Positions 28,201 to 36,836 of a stretch of 60,277 nucleotides of DNA are shown one piece after another. The notes below the pieces were generated by a model that saw nothing but the letters and a program-made list of their open reading frames with translations, was not told the origin of the DNA and searched no databases. A program made the position numbers and the translations under genes. Within the stretch, counting starts at the first letter, position 1. The number at the start of each line of letters is the position of its first letter. The stretch is from an uncultured Armatimonadia bacterium (lineage in GTDB: Bacteria; Armatimonadota; Zipacnadia; Zipacnadales; UBA5352). The stretch spans positions 1-60,277 of the forward strand of contig CAZTZN010000006.1 in the NCBI GenBank assembly GCA_964617715.1. The letters run 5' to 3'.

Positions 28201-29733
28201 CACGGTGTGGTCCATGGTACAGGTGATGTACGAGTCGGCGTCCTCCTGCGGCTTCCACGAGCGCGCCTGGGCGCGGAAGCAGGCATGGGCCCTGGCGAGG
28301 TACTCATCGCAGACAGTGATGTGGTGGTAGTGGCTGAAGTAGCGGCCACCGAAGTAGAGCCCGAGCAGCGGGAAGGTAGTGTGATTCCAGGTGACCAGCT
28401 CGCTGCGCTCGAGGTTGGCGTAACCCGAAACGTGCCGGGGGAGGCTGTAGAGAAGCTGCAGCATTGCCCGCGACCAGGCGAGCCGCTGCCCGTCACCCAG
28501 CAGCGGGCAGGGCTCGAAGGCCTCCCACGCCGCGAAGATCGGGCCCGACCGGGTCTCCTCATTCCAGGGGATGTCGCGCGCCGGGTCGGCCTCATAAGTC
28601 TGCACCATGATGTCCAGCGCCCGCATCGCCCGGCGCGCCCAGGCCTCGTCGCCCCAGCGCTGCCACTGCCTGACCGCGTCGAGGAAGGCCGCGAAGGTCG
28701 GCGCGGGCTCGTCGGCGGTCGCAGCGCGCACCTGTTCGGGAGAAGGGCGACCGTCGCTGACCACCTCCAGCAGCCACGGTAGCTCGCCACCATCGCGTGC
28801 CAGCGCCAGGAGACGCCGCACGCCTGCCGCGAGGCCCGCCTCGTCGCCGCCGCCGACCACGATCACGTCCACATCGCCGCGCCACGGATAGGGATCGGTG
28901 ACGGTGCGCAAGGTGTAGCCGCCCGGACCGGGGTAGAGCGCGTCCTCCTGCGCGTACCAGTTGTAGAAGAGCCGGGCGATCAGCGGATTACTCACGCAGG
29001 TGCCCACCGCGAATACCGTGCGCTCGCCAAGGCCTGCGTCCGCGATGGTCGCCACCACCGGCACCTCGTGCCCGAGGGCGTCAGACAGGCCGGTCGCCAG
29101 CGCCCGGGCAGCCGCCCGCGAGGTGGCGTCCTCGCCGGCGACAATCGCGGGCGGATTGCCGTCAACGATCAGGGGCGTGGTGCGCCGTAGCGGGCGCGGG
29201 GCGCTGATGGTAGAGACCGGGTTGCCGAACTTCGCCGCGCGCGCGGCGTCGCCCGGCAGCGCCGGCCCGAAGATCTCGACCTCGGCGAGGCAGGGATGCG
29301 CGCGGCGGCCTCCGGAGACGCCCTCAACCGAGCGCAGACGCAGGACCTGCACGGTGGCGGGCTCCCAGCCGTGCTCAATCCACTCGCCGATGGGCGCCCG
29401 GCTGCCCTCCGCGAGGGTCAGTTCGAACTCGCCATCGCCGGCGGCATCGCCCTCGATGACGTAGTGAGTGGTGTAGTAGACCGGACTGTGCTGGACGAAG
29501 CGCAGGCCGGTAATCTCGCGGGGCGCGCCGAAATCGAAGGTCACACTGCCCTCGCCCTCGGTGCCCACCTCGAAGGCGAAGCCGGTGTCCACGCGGCCGT
29601 CGAGGATGCCGGGCACTCGGCCCTCGGCCACCGCGGGCGTGGTTGTGATCTCGGCTGCGGGCGTGATGTTGGTGTGCTGTGCCCACACGAGCGAGCAGGC
29701 GAGGAGTGCGGCGGACAGCGGGGCGGCGCGCAT
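25288..29733 (-). CDS. 1481-aa secreted multidomain protein: F5/8-type-C (discoidin)-like, heparinase II/III-like, FG-GAP/VCBS-type beta-propeller
   Basis: Start moved to ATG 29733 (signal peptide MRAAPLSAALLACSLVWAQH; GAGAGGAG ribosome-binding site). The middle region has GRGKHLHYDTNAITEYVADGERWLVDHDY, resembling the heparinase II/III C-terminal domain. The last ~400 aa carry five D-x-D-x-DG-x-x-E repeats: DLDGDGTPEILVA, DIDADGLDELF, DYDGDGANEIFV, DITGDATPEVLVA, DLDGDGTVEIVAA. Confidence 0.8.
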   Translation of the reverse strand: MRAAPLSAALLACSLVWAQHTNITPAAEITTTPAVAEGRVPGILDGRVDTGFAFEVGTEGEGSVTFDFGAPREITGLRFVQHSPVYYTTHYVIEGDAAGDGEFELTLAEGSRAPIGEWIEHGWEPATVQVLRLRSVEGVSGGRRAHPCLAEVEIFGPALPGDAARAAKFGNPVSTISAPRPLRRTTPLIVDGNPPAIVAGEDATSRAAARALATGLSDALGHEVPVVATIADAGLGERTVFAVGTCVSNPLIARLFYNWYAQEDALYPGPGGYTLRTVTDPYPWRGDVDVIVVGGGDEAGLAAGVRRLLALARDGGELPWLLEVVSDGRPSPEQVRAATADEPAPTFAAFLDAVRQWQRWGDEAWARRAMRALDIMVQTYEADPARDIPWNEETRSGPIFAAWEAFEPCPLLGDGQRLAWSRAMLQLLYSLPRHVSGYANLERSELVTWNHTTFPLLGLYFGGRYFSHYHHITVCDEYLARAHACFRAQARSWKPQEDADSYITCTMDHTVRYCLAEGLDEWVTGGNMARYADYMIGICDSRGWAGGFGDSHYSSNPDLLQKVLPLAFLTTGDPGYRWVLEHVDPTWQNPYHDTPGERPDRFIGLNVFPLDAQLYEYTQRHPYYNERLVPSEVPLERAWDKIAMRESWEPDAQYLLMDGFGRGKHLHYDTNAITEYVADGERWLVDHDYLVRNSTEHCMLTVLRNGRGDTLVPSMASLDASADFDGWSVVRTSVPGYAGLDWDRAVIWRKGRYFVALDGVTAREEADYDLELTWKTEDTQAQWIEDGRSFVADRSAAVAQSTDVFVQDDADASGGQAMVFGSSTSRLAMRVSLPGGEYSLRVRGRGEDGSHDSVWLRIDGGDPIAFGLGQGAYNGPVGGGPAPGASHAITLPPGDVHLLLITLRELPPISLDRLTFFRGEQPVLTIEAEDAEPLRPGESIAAEPKRFFIRSAEPVQCRVTTHQSQGISVPLAVLHQRRRAHLAAGEGERFASIFYHVSGRRAGEYDLGRVGPARYLVTGDDRALIVLDELRVGGIICRAQVAILEPARILLAGATQVEAAGGGWSSDEPASVILDLADGRLAVDGAPVQSLPVTDADRAAVERLLQSEPERTTAVATGAAAEPAQPRWRARFPEPGQIRRVQRTDLDGDGTPEILVAQGRSCHCLSPSGELLWSYAAEGTVLDVADVQARETPGREVAIASADTHLYVLSAEGELLDSHQPLGPPHSQTFGDRPWALWVVDGLDIDADGLDELFTVMGNYQLIALDQDWTRLWQYEQVAHGAMDIEFADYDGDGANEIFVSDRYGFVHGVTQDGKRAFIGYSSIGDVRFDTARLTAEGLSVIYGSSTGDLLTRGPDGQIAWRFDNFGYAVRRIRAADITGDATPEVLVASDTGYLYAVDAAGQELWRAHLGFAVNDVAVGDLDGDGTVEIVAAGQDGLVRIFAGDGTVLRTIATPEPVRLVCLPGGGLILAATASGELVAY

Positions 29734-29821
29734 GATATCGCGACTCCTCTCGGCGAATGATGGCGACAGGTTCGCGGGCCCGGGCGGAAGACCTGCACTC
29801 GGACCGCCACCCCGCCCGGCT

Positions 29822-29850
29822 TTGCGCAGGGTGCGGGCTTCTGCTATAAT
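29822..29850 (+). promoter_or_regulatory. Sigma-70 promoter TTGCGC-17-(TGC)TATAAT with extended -10
   Basis: TTGCGC at 29822-29827, a 17-nt spacer ending in TGC, and a perfect TATAAT at 29845-29850. A small hairpin GCCGGGA-TGTGC-TCCCGGC sits in the ~65-nt leader before the AAGGAGA ribosome-binding site. Confidence 0.5.
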
Positions 29851-29918
29851 CCGGACACTCACGAGCCCCCCTCAGACCCGCCGGGATGTGCTCCCGGCGG
29901 CGTTTCTGCAAGGAGAAT

Positions 29919-30977
29919 ATGAGCATGTACAAGATCGCGGTTCTGCCGTGCGACGGGGTCGGTCCGGAGGTGGTCGCCGAGGGCCTCAAGGTTCTGGAGG
30001 CTGCGGCGCAGATTCACGGGGTGCAGTACGAGACGGTGACCTATGATGTCGGCGGCGACCGCTACCTGCGCACCGGCGAGATCCTCACCGACTCGGTGAT
30101 GGCCGAGCTGGCACAGATGGACGCGATCTACCTCGGTGCGGTCGGCCACCCTGATGTGGCGCCCGGGATCCTCGAGAAGGGCATTCTGCTGCGCCTGCGC
30201 TTCGAGCTGGACCAGTACGTCAACCTGCGCCCGGTGAAGCTCTATCCGGGCGTGGAGACGCCGCTGGCCAACAAGGGCCCCGAGGACATCGACTTCGTGG
30301 TGGTGCGCGAGAACACTGAGGACATGTACGTCGGAGTCGGCGGACGGATGCGCGAAGGCACACCGCACGAGGTGGCAACCCAGACGGCGATCTACACGCG
30401 CATGGGCACCGAACGGGTGATGCGCTACGCCTTTGAGCTGGCGCGGCGCCGGGCGAAGGCGCGTAAGCTCACCATGGTGGACAAGTCGAACGTGCTGACC
30501 TTCGGCCACGACCTGTGGGTGCGGACCTTTGCCGAAGTGGGCGCGCAGTACCCGGACATCGAGACCGACCACGCCTACGTGGACGCATGCTGCATGTGGA
30601 TGGTCAAGAACCCCGAGTGGTTCGATGTGATCGTGACCACCAACATGTTCGGCGACATCATCACCGACCTGGGCGCGATGATTCAAGGCGGGATGGGCGT
30701 GGCGGCGTCGGGCAACATCAACCCCGAGGGGGTATCGATGTTCGAGCCGATCCACGGCTCGGCGCCCAAGTACACCGGCCAGAACGTGATCTGCCCGATC
30801 GCGGCGATCGCGGCCGCCGGGATGATGATGGAGCACCTGGGCGAGGAGGCGTGTGGCAGGGCGATCGAGGACGCGGTCATGGCGGCGCTGGCCTCGGGCA
30901 AGCTGGGCGACCTCTCCACCCGGTCGGGCGTCTCCACGACCGAGGCCGGCGACCTGGTGGCGTCGCTGGTCGAGTAG
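29919..30977 (+). CDS. D-malate / tartrate dehydrogenase (decarboxylating) type member of the isocitrate-isopropylmalate dehydrogenase family (DmlA/TtuC-like)
   Basis: Start at ATG 29919 after AAGGAGA. The blocks [54 protein letters not shown] and [18 protein letters not shown] track my memory of E. coli DmlA more closely than LeuB. Confidence 0.85.
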   Translation: MSMYKIAVLPCDGVGPEVVAEGLKVLEAAAQIHGVQYETVTYDVGGDRYLRTGEILTDSVMAELAQMDAIYLGAVGHPDVAPGILEKGILLRLRFELDQYVNLRPVKLYPGVETPLANKGPEDIDFVVVRENTEDMYVGVGGRMREGTPHEVATQTAIYTRMGTERVMRYAFELARRRAKARKLTMVDKSNVLTFGHDLWVRTFAEVGAQYPDIETDHAYVDACCMWMVKNPEWFDVIVTTNMFGDIITDLGAMIQGGMGVAASGNINPEGVSMFEPIHGSAPKYTGQNVICPIAAIAAAGMMMEHLGEEACGRAIEDAVMAALASGKLGDLSTRSGVSTTEAGDLVASLVE

Positions 30978-31074
30978 GGGGAGCGAGACAGGGAGTGCTG
31001 CAGGTAGACCGGAACAAGCAGGAGACCAAGGTAGCCCCAGGCCATCAGTTCCGGCTCGGCGCTTGGTGACGGCA

Positions 31075-32394
31075 ATGACCACCACACTTCGCTACGGGCG
31101 TGAGGAGCTGCGGGTCGAGCTGCCGGACGAGCGCGTGAGCCACGTGCTCCGGCAGCGGCCACTGCCCACGCTCGATGATCCGGTGGCGGCCACGCGCGCG
31201 GCGCTGGCGCAGCCCATCGGCGCCGCGCCACTGGCGGAGATCGCGCGCGGGCGCCGCGACGCCTGCATCGTGGTCTCCGATCTCACGCGGCCGGTACCGA
31301 ATGCGGTCATCCTGCCGCCGATCCTCGAAACGCTCGCGGATGCGGGCCTGCGGTCCGAACGCATCACCATCCTGATCGCCACCGGCCTGCACCGGCCCAA
31401 CACCGAGACCGAGCTGCGCGAGATGCTCGGCGACGAGGTGCTGACCTGGGGCTGCGCGATCGTCAACCATGACGCACGCGCCGATGCCGAGCAGGTGGAC
31501 CTCGGGCGGACCGCTCGCGGCACCCCGGCGCTGGTGGATCGGCGCTACGTCGAGGCCGACCTGAAGATACTGACCGGGCTGGTGGAGCCGCATCTGATGG
31601 CCGGCTACTCAGGCGGGCGCAAGGCGATCTGCCCGGGCATTACCGGTCGCGACACGATCATGGCCTTCCACGGCCCGGCCCTGCTCGAGCCGCCCGCTGC
31701 GCGCACCGGCAATCTGATCGCCAACCCGGTGCATGAGGAGGCCCTCGCGGTTGCGGACCTCGCCGGGGGGGCCGACCTGATCGTCAACGTGACCATTGAC
31801 GAACGCCGGGCGATCACCGGCGTATTCGCGGGGGAGATGCGCGCGGCCCACGCCGCGGCCATGGAGCGCTGTGAGGCGCAGACCAAGGTAGTGCTCGATG
31901 AGCCTGCCGATATCGTGGTGACCAGCGGCGGCGGTTACCCGCTCGATCTGACGCTCTACCAGAGCACCAAGGGCATCGTGGCCGCCGGGCCGATCTGCCG
32001 CGATGGCGGGACCATCATCATCGCGCAGCAGAACGCCGAGGGCCTCGGCAGCGATGACTTCGCGGAGCTTATCACCTGCGGCGACGTGCACGCGTACATC
32101 CGCGAGGCGCTGGCCGGCGCGCCGACCCGGATCGATACCTGGCAGCTTCACGTGGTCGAGAAGGTGCTGCGGCGCTGCCGGGTTATCAGCGTCTCTGACC
32201 TGCCTGACGGCGAGGCCCGGCGACTGCCCTTCGGGCGCGCGGACGCCGTGGAAGAAGCCGTTGCGCAGGCACTGCAGGAGCATGGTTCACAGGCGCGAAT
32301 TGCTGTGATGCCCGAGGGGCCCTACGTGCTGGCCTGCCTGGCGAGCGATAGCGTGGGGCAGATGACCGTGGCGGAGATGCTCCGGCACGCCTGA
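31075..32394 (+). CDS. LarA-family nickel-pincer-dependent 2-hydroxyacid racemase/epimerase (DUF2088)
   Basis: Start at ATG 31075; the longer track ORF overlaps the upstream gene. Motifs: VVSDLTRPVPN, ATGLHRPNT, EPHLMAGYSGGRKAICPG and MAFHGP. These are the positions of the two catalytic His, the cofactor-tethering Lys and the Ni-ligand His of LarA, as I recall them. Confidence 0.85.
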   Translation: MTTTLRYGREELRVELPDERVSHVLRQRPLPTLDDPVAATRAALAQPIGAAPLAEIARGRRDACIVVSDLTRPVPNAVILPPILETLADAGLRSERITILIATGLHRPNTETELREMLGDEVLTWGCAIVNHDARADAEQVDLGRTARGTPALVDRRYVEADLKILTGLVEPHLMAGYSGGRKAICPGITGRDTIMAFHGPALLEPPAARTGNLIANPVHEEALAVADLAGGADLIVNVTIDERRAITGVFAGEMRAAHAAAMERCEAQTKVVLDEPADIVVTSGGGYPLDLTLYQSTKGIVAAGPICRDGGTIIIAQQNAEGLGSDDFAELITCGDVHAYIREALAGAPTRIDTWQLHVVEKVLRRCRVISVSDLPDGEARRLPFGRADAVEEAVAQALQEHGSQARIAVMPEGPYVLACLASDSVGQMTVAEMLRHA

Positions 32395-32480
32395 ATAGCT
32401 GTCGGACCACAGAGACAACGACGGGCCGGTCGGGTGACCGGCTCCTCGGGACGAGATCGTCCGCGAGAGGAGAGCGTACC

Positions 32481-33680
32481 ATGGCCGAGAAGTGCGTGCT
32501 CGCATACTCCGGGGGGCTGGATACGTCGGTCGCGATTCGCTGGATCGCCGAGACCTACGGCGTGGACGTGATCGCGGTGGCCATCGACGTCGGCGAGGAG
32601 CGTGACTACGAGGGCATTCGCGCTAAGGGCGAGCAGGTGGGCGCGGTCGAGTCGATCGTGGTGGACGCGAAGCAGGAGTTCTTCGAGCAGTACATCACGC
32701 GCGCGATCGCCGCGAATCTGACCTACGAGCGCAAGTACGTGGCCTTCACCGCACTGGCGCGGCCGCTGCTGGCCAAGGAGCAGGTGCGGGTGGCGCGCGA
32801 GCGCGGCGCCCGCCTGCTGGCCCACGGGTGCACCGGAAAGGGCAACGACCAGGTACGCTTCGAGGTCACCTACGCGGCACTGGCGCCGGAGATGAGAGTT
32901 ATCGCGCCTGCGCGCGAGTGGGGCATGACGCGCGAGCAGGAGATCGACTACGCGAGCCGGCACGGCATTCCGGTGCCGGTGGGCAAGGAGAGTCCGTACT
33001 CCACGGACACGAATATGTGGGGGCGGTCGATTGAGTGCGGTTCCATCGAGGACCCGGCGCTGGAGGCGCCCGAGGACGCCTGGGAGTGGACGATCAACCC
33101 GCTGAAGGCGCCGGACGAACCCGAGTATGTGACCATCGGCTTCGAGTGTGGGATGCCGGTGTCGCTGGACGGCGAGCGCATGGATGGGGTCGCCCTGGTC
33201 GCGCGGCTCAATGCCATCGGTGGCGCCCACGGCGTGGGCCGCGTCAACATGATGGAGAACCGGCTGGTGGGCATCAAGTCGCGGGAGCTGTACGAGTGCC
33301 CGGCGGCGACCATCATCCTGGAGGCGCACCGCGACCTCGAGAGCCTGGTGCTCGACCGCGAGACCGCGCACTTCAAGCAGCACCTGGAGCTGAAGTACGC
33401 CGAGATGGTGTACTACGGCCTGTGGTTCACGCCGCTGCGCGTGGCGCTGGATGCCTTCATGGCGCAGACTCAGCAGCCGGTGACCGGCGAGGTCACGGTG
33501 AAGCTGTTCAAGGGACGCGCCGAGGCGGTCGCGCGCAAGTCGCCCGAGTCGCTCTACGACTTCTCGCTGGCCACCTACGGCGACGAGGACGTGTTCGACC
33601 AGTCCAGTTCACGCGGCTTCATCGAGATCTTCGGGCTGCCCGCCAGGGTCGCGTCGATGGTGCGGGGCCGGCCCGAATAG
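32481..33680 (+). CDS. argG: Argininosuccinate synthase
   Basis: AYSGGLDTS N-terminal ATP-binding motif, GCTGKGNDQVRFE and a full-length type-I ArgG layout (399 aa). GAGAGGAGAG ribosome-binding site. Confidence 0.97.
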   Translation: MAEKCVLAYSGGLDTSVAIRWIAETYGVDVIAVAIDVGEERDYEGIRAKGEQVGAVESIVVDAKQEFFEQYITRAIAANLTYERKYVAFTALARPLLAKEQVRVARERGARLLAHGCTGKGNDQVRFEVTYAALAPEMRVIAPAREWGMTREQEIDYASRHGIPVPVGKESPYSTDTNMWGRSIECGSIEDPALEAPEDAWEWTINPLKAPDEPEYVTIGFECGMPVSLDGERMDGVALVARLNAIGGAHGVGRVNMMENRLVGIKSRELYECPAATIILEAHRDLESLVLDRETAHFKQHLELKYAEMVYYGLWFTPLRVALDAFMAQTQQPVTGEVTVKLFKGRAEAVARKSPESLYDFSLATYGDEDVFDQSSSRGFIEIFGLPARVASMVRGRPE

Positions 33681-33713
33681 CCCACCGAGGGATGGTGGGG
33701 AGGCACGGAGACT

Positions 33714-35375
33714 GTGAAGACACAGTTGCTCATGCCCAACGCAGCCGTGACGCTGGCCGAGCTGCTCGTGCTGGGCGCGCTGGCGTGGCTGCTGATCCGA
33801 CTTGCCCGTGCGCTGGTGCGCCTGATCGGGGAGCTGTCCACGTCGGCGGATGGCCGCCGCCTGATCCCCGAGGACCAGCGCCAGGCGCTCGGCGACAACA
33901 CCGCTCGCGTCATCAAGTTCGTTTCCGGGCTGGCGGCCTTCGGCGTGGTGGCCTACAACGGCTGGCTCACCGCCGCCGGCCACGATGCCGCAAACCTGCT
34001 GATGACGCAGGTCGTCGAAAGCCGGGGGGTGACGCCGCGCAGCGTAGCCATCGAGGCGGGCCAGATCGTCGCCATCCTGGTGCTGCTCAAGCTGCTCGCG
34101 TGGCTCGGGACGAGGGCGCGGGTGTGGCTGGTCGAGCATCTGAAGGCGGCGCAGATGGTGCGAGTCGCCGACGAGCGCATTGACCTGCTGGGCGCCCACC
34201 TCGCGCATCTGGTGAGCGCGGCGCTGTGGCTGGCCGGCGGGCTGCTGATCGCGGGCGCGCTCAATCTGCCCGAGGCCGTGGTCTACTGGGTCAGCTTCGT
34301 GCTCTCGCTGGCGGTAGTGTGGGCCCTGGTGCGGTTGATCAGCGACTCGCTGGACGCCGCCGTGGATGCGATCCACGAGAGCCTGCCCACGCCCGAGGTC
34401 GATACCGACGATGGGCGCACCGAGCGTCGGGTGGCGCGCGTGGTGGCGTCGGTGAAGACTGCACTGCGCTGGAGCGTCTACGTGGGAGCAGGCGCCTACG
34501 TGCTGCGCAGCGCGCCGCTGGGCAGCTCGGCGTACGAGCTGTCGAGCAACATCGTCAAGGCGGCGGCGGTCGTCGTGGCCGCGCAGCTCGCCCTGGCCCT
34601 GGGCATGGCCGTCATCGCCCGGCTGGCGGCCGGCGGCGAGGACAGCGATGAGGCGCGCCAGCGCCGCGAGACCATGCTCCCGCTGGTGAGCAGCATCCTG
34701 CGCTACGTCGTCTACTTCGTCGCGGCCGTGATGGCGCTGCAGATGCTGGGCGTCAACGTCACCGCCATCCTGGCCGGGGCGGGGATCGCGGGCCTGGCCA
34801 TCGGCTTCGGCGCCCAGAGCCTCGTGCAGGACGTCATCAGCGGCTTTTTCATCCTCTTTGAGGGCGAGTACATGGTCGGCGACTACGTGGACATCGGCGG
34901 GGTCGATGGCAGCGTCGAGGCCGTCACCCTGCGTACCACCTCGGTCCGCCGGCCGAACGGCAGCCTGGCGATCATTCCCAACGGTCAGGTGCAACAGGTC
35001 ATCAACTTCTCCAAGAGCTTCGTGCGCGCAGTCGTGGATGTGGGCGTGTCCTACGAGGGAGATCTCAGCCACGCCCTGGCGGTGCTCGAGCGGGTGGCGC
35101 TGGAGGCGGGCGCGGAGATACCCGAGATCACCGGGCCGCCCAACGTGCGTGTCACCGGCTTCAATGCGTCTGATGTGGGACTGCGGCTGAGTGTGCCGGT
35201 CCGGCCCGGACGGCACCGGGACGTGGCCTTCGAGCTGCGCCGGCGTGTCAAGCTGACTTTCGACGCCGAGGGCGTCGAGATTCCGTTCTCGCGCCACGTG
35301 GTGATCCTGCAGACCGCCGACGGCAAGCCGGTGGACGAGTTGCCGGTGCGACTGGTGGGCGATCCGCCCGGCTGA
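33714..35375 (+). CDS. Mechanosensitive ion channel (MscS family), extended N-terminal membrane domain
   Basis: GFGAQSLVQDVISGFFILFEGEYMVGDYVDIGGVDGSVEAVTLRTTSVRRPNGSLAIIPNG is the classical MscS pore-helix/beta-domain signature. GTG start after GGAGAC. Confidence 0.9.
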   Translation: MKTQLLMPNAAVTLAELLVLGALAWLLIRLARALVRLIGELSTSADGRRLIPEDQRQALGDNTARVIKFVSGLAAFGVVAYNGWLTAAGHDAANLLMTQVVESRGVTPRSVAIEAGQIVAILVLLKLLAWLGTRARVWLVEHLKAAQMVRVADERIDLLGAHLAHLVSAALWLAGGLLIAGALNLPEAVVYWVSFVLSLAVVWALVRLISDSLDAAVDAIHESLPTPEVDTDDGRTERRVARVVASVKTALRWSVYVGAGAYVLRSAPLGSSAYELSSNIVKAAAVVVAAQLALALGMAVIARLAAGGEDSDEARQRRETMLPLVSSILRYVVYFVAAVMALQMLGVNVTAILAGAGIAGLAIGFGAQSLVQDVISGFFILFEGEYMVGDYVDIGGVDGSVEAVTLRTTSVRRPNGSLAIIPNGQVQQVINFSKSFVRAVVDVGVSYEGDLSHALAVLERVALEAGAEIPEITGPPNVRVTGFNASDVGLRLSVPVRPGRHRDVAFELRRRVKLTFDAEGVEIPFSRHVVILQTADGKPVDELPVRLVGDPPG

Positions 35376-35457
35376 ACGACGCCGCACCCTGACCCGGGGG
35401 AGAATGCGTACCCACATATGCGCCGCGGCTGCGCCGCGGCAGGAGGCGAATACCGTA

Positions 35458-36681
35458 ATGAGCAGCACCCGCAACACCCTAATACTGACTATCCTGGGCA
35501 TCGCCGTGGCCGGCGCGCTGCTGGCGGTGGCCGGTTGCCCGCCCGCCGAGAAGAAGACGACCGCCGTGGGGGGGCCGCCGGAGGGCGACGAGAGCGGACC
35601 GTCGGGGGAGCCGATTAAGGTCGGCGCGCTGTTCTCGGTGACCGGTCCGGCGTCACCGCTGGGCGAGCCTGAGCGCGACACCGCGGTGATGCTGGAGAAG
35701 ACAATCAACGCGGCGGGTGGCATCGAATGGCGCCCGATCCAGGTTATCGTGCGCGACACCAGGGGCGAGGAGAGCGAGGCCCTGAGTGCGGCCATGGAGC
35801 TGATCGACCGCGAGAACGTGGTGGCGATCATCGGGCCCAGCCGGAGCGGAACCACCATGGCGCTCGTCGAGCGAGTGCAGGAGGCGGGCGTGCCCCTGAT
35901 CTCGTGCGCGGCCGCGCGGGCGATCACCGACCCGGTCAAGGAGTTCGTCTTCCAGGTCGCGCCGGGCGACCGCGACGCGGTCTACCGCATCTACACCTAC
36001 ATGGAGGGCGAGGGCATCACCAGGGTCGCGCTGCTCATCGAAAGCAGCGGCTTCGGCGAGGAGGGCCTCAAGCAGCTTGAGGCGCAGGCCGCCGAGCACA
36101 GGATCGAGATCGTGGCCAAAGAGCAGTACTCCGACACCGACACCGACATGACCGCGCAGCTCACGACCATCAAGGGCACCGACGCACAGGCGGTCGTGTG
36201 CTGGGGCATTGGTAAGGCGCCGGCGCTGATCGCGAAGAACATGCAGCAGCTCGGGATGGCCATCCCGCTGTTCCAGAGCCACGGGGTCGCCAGCGCGCGC
36301 TTCATCGAGGCGGCCGGGGACGCGGCCGACGGCGTGATCATGCCCGCCGCCAAGCTCATCGTGCTGGACCAGCTTGCCGAGGCTGACCCGCAGTATCAGG
36401 CGCTGCGCGAGTTCCATGATATGTTCGTGGCCGAGTACAACCGCGCGCCGGATCACTACGGCGGCCACGCGTGGGATGCGTTGCACATCGTAGTCGAGGC
36501 AATCAAGCGCGCGGGCGCGGACGCCGATCGGGCTGCGATCCGTGACGAGATCGAGAGGACCGCGGGCTTCGTGGGCATTGGTGGAGTGTTCTCCTACTCG
36601 GCCGAGGACCACTACGGCAATAGTCCCGATGCCTTCGTCATGGTGCGCATCGAGGACGGGCAGTGGTCTCTGCTGGAGTAG
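35458..36681 (+). CDS. Branched-chain amino acid-type ABC substrate-binding lipoprotein, copy 1
   Basis: Start at ATG 35458 (AGGAGG upstream). Lipobox VAGC. Type-I periplasmic binding fold motifs: KVGALFSVTGPASPLGEPERD and IIGPSRSGTT. Confidence 0.88.
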   Translation: MSSTRNTLILTILGIAVAGALLAVAGCPPAEKKTTAVGGPPEGDESGPSGEPIKVGALFSVTGPASPLGEPERDTAVMLEKTINAAGGIEWRPIQVIVRDTRGEESEALSAAMELIDRENVVAIIGPSRSGTTMALVERVQEAGVPLISCAAARAITDPVKEFVFQVAPGDRDAVYRIYTYMEGEGITRVALLIESSGFGEEGLKQLEAQAAEHRIEIVAKEQYSDTDTDMTAQLTTIKGTDAQAVVCWGIGKAPALIAKNMQQLGMAIPLFQSHGVASARFIEAAGDAADGVIMPAAKLIVLDQLAEADPQYQALREFHDMFVAEYNRAPDHYGGHAWDALHIVVEAIKRAGADADRAAIRDEIERTAGFVGIGGVFSYSAEDHYGNSPDAFVMVRIEDGQWSLLE

Positions 36682-36754
36682 GGGAGTGGTCGCCGCACGG
36701 CGCATCCCGGCCCGGCGGCCGTGTACAGGGGGCGGGATTCTCTTGCCGCCGCCT

Positions 36755-36783
36755 TTGACAATGCGGCCTCATCGCGGTAGACT
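36755..36783 (+). promoter_or_regulatory. Sigma-70 promoter TTGACA-17-TAGACT in front of the second binding-protein gene
   Basis: A perfect TTGACA at 36755-36760, a 17-nt spacer and TAGACT at 36778-36783, 53 nt upstream of ATG 36837. Confidence 0.55.
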
Positions 36784-36836
36784 CCTCGCTTAACCGCGTG
36801 CCCAATGCCATCGAGGACAACGAGGGAGGCGTATCG

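Noticed and set aside
26746-28782. 678-aa plus-strand ORF inside the giant minus-strand gene
   Set aside because: This is an antisense artefact. The minus-strand frame carries the recognisable domain motifs.
29919-30977. 3-isopropylmalate dehydrogenase (leuB)
   Set aside because: The sequence blocks follow DmlA/TtuC-type enzymes more closely. No leuA/C/D genes are nearby. I left the gene symbol empty.
33609-35939. 776-aa minus-strand ORF antisense to MscS and the first binding-protein gene
   Set aside because: This is an antisense artefact with no motifs. The plus strand encodes the canonical MscS signature.
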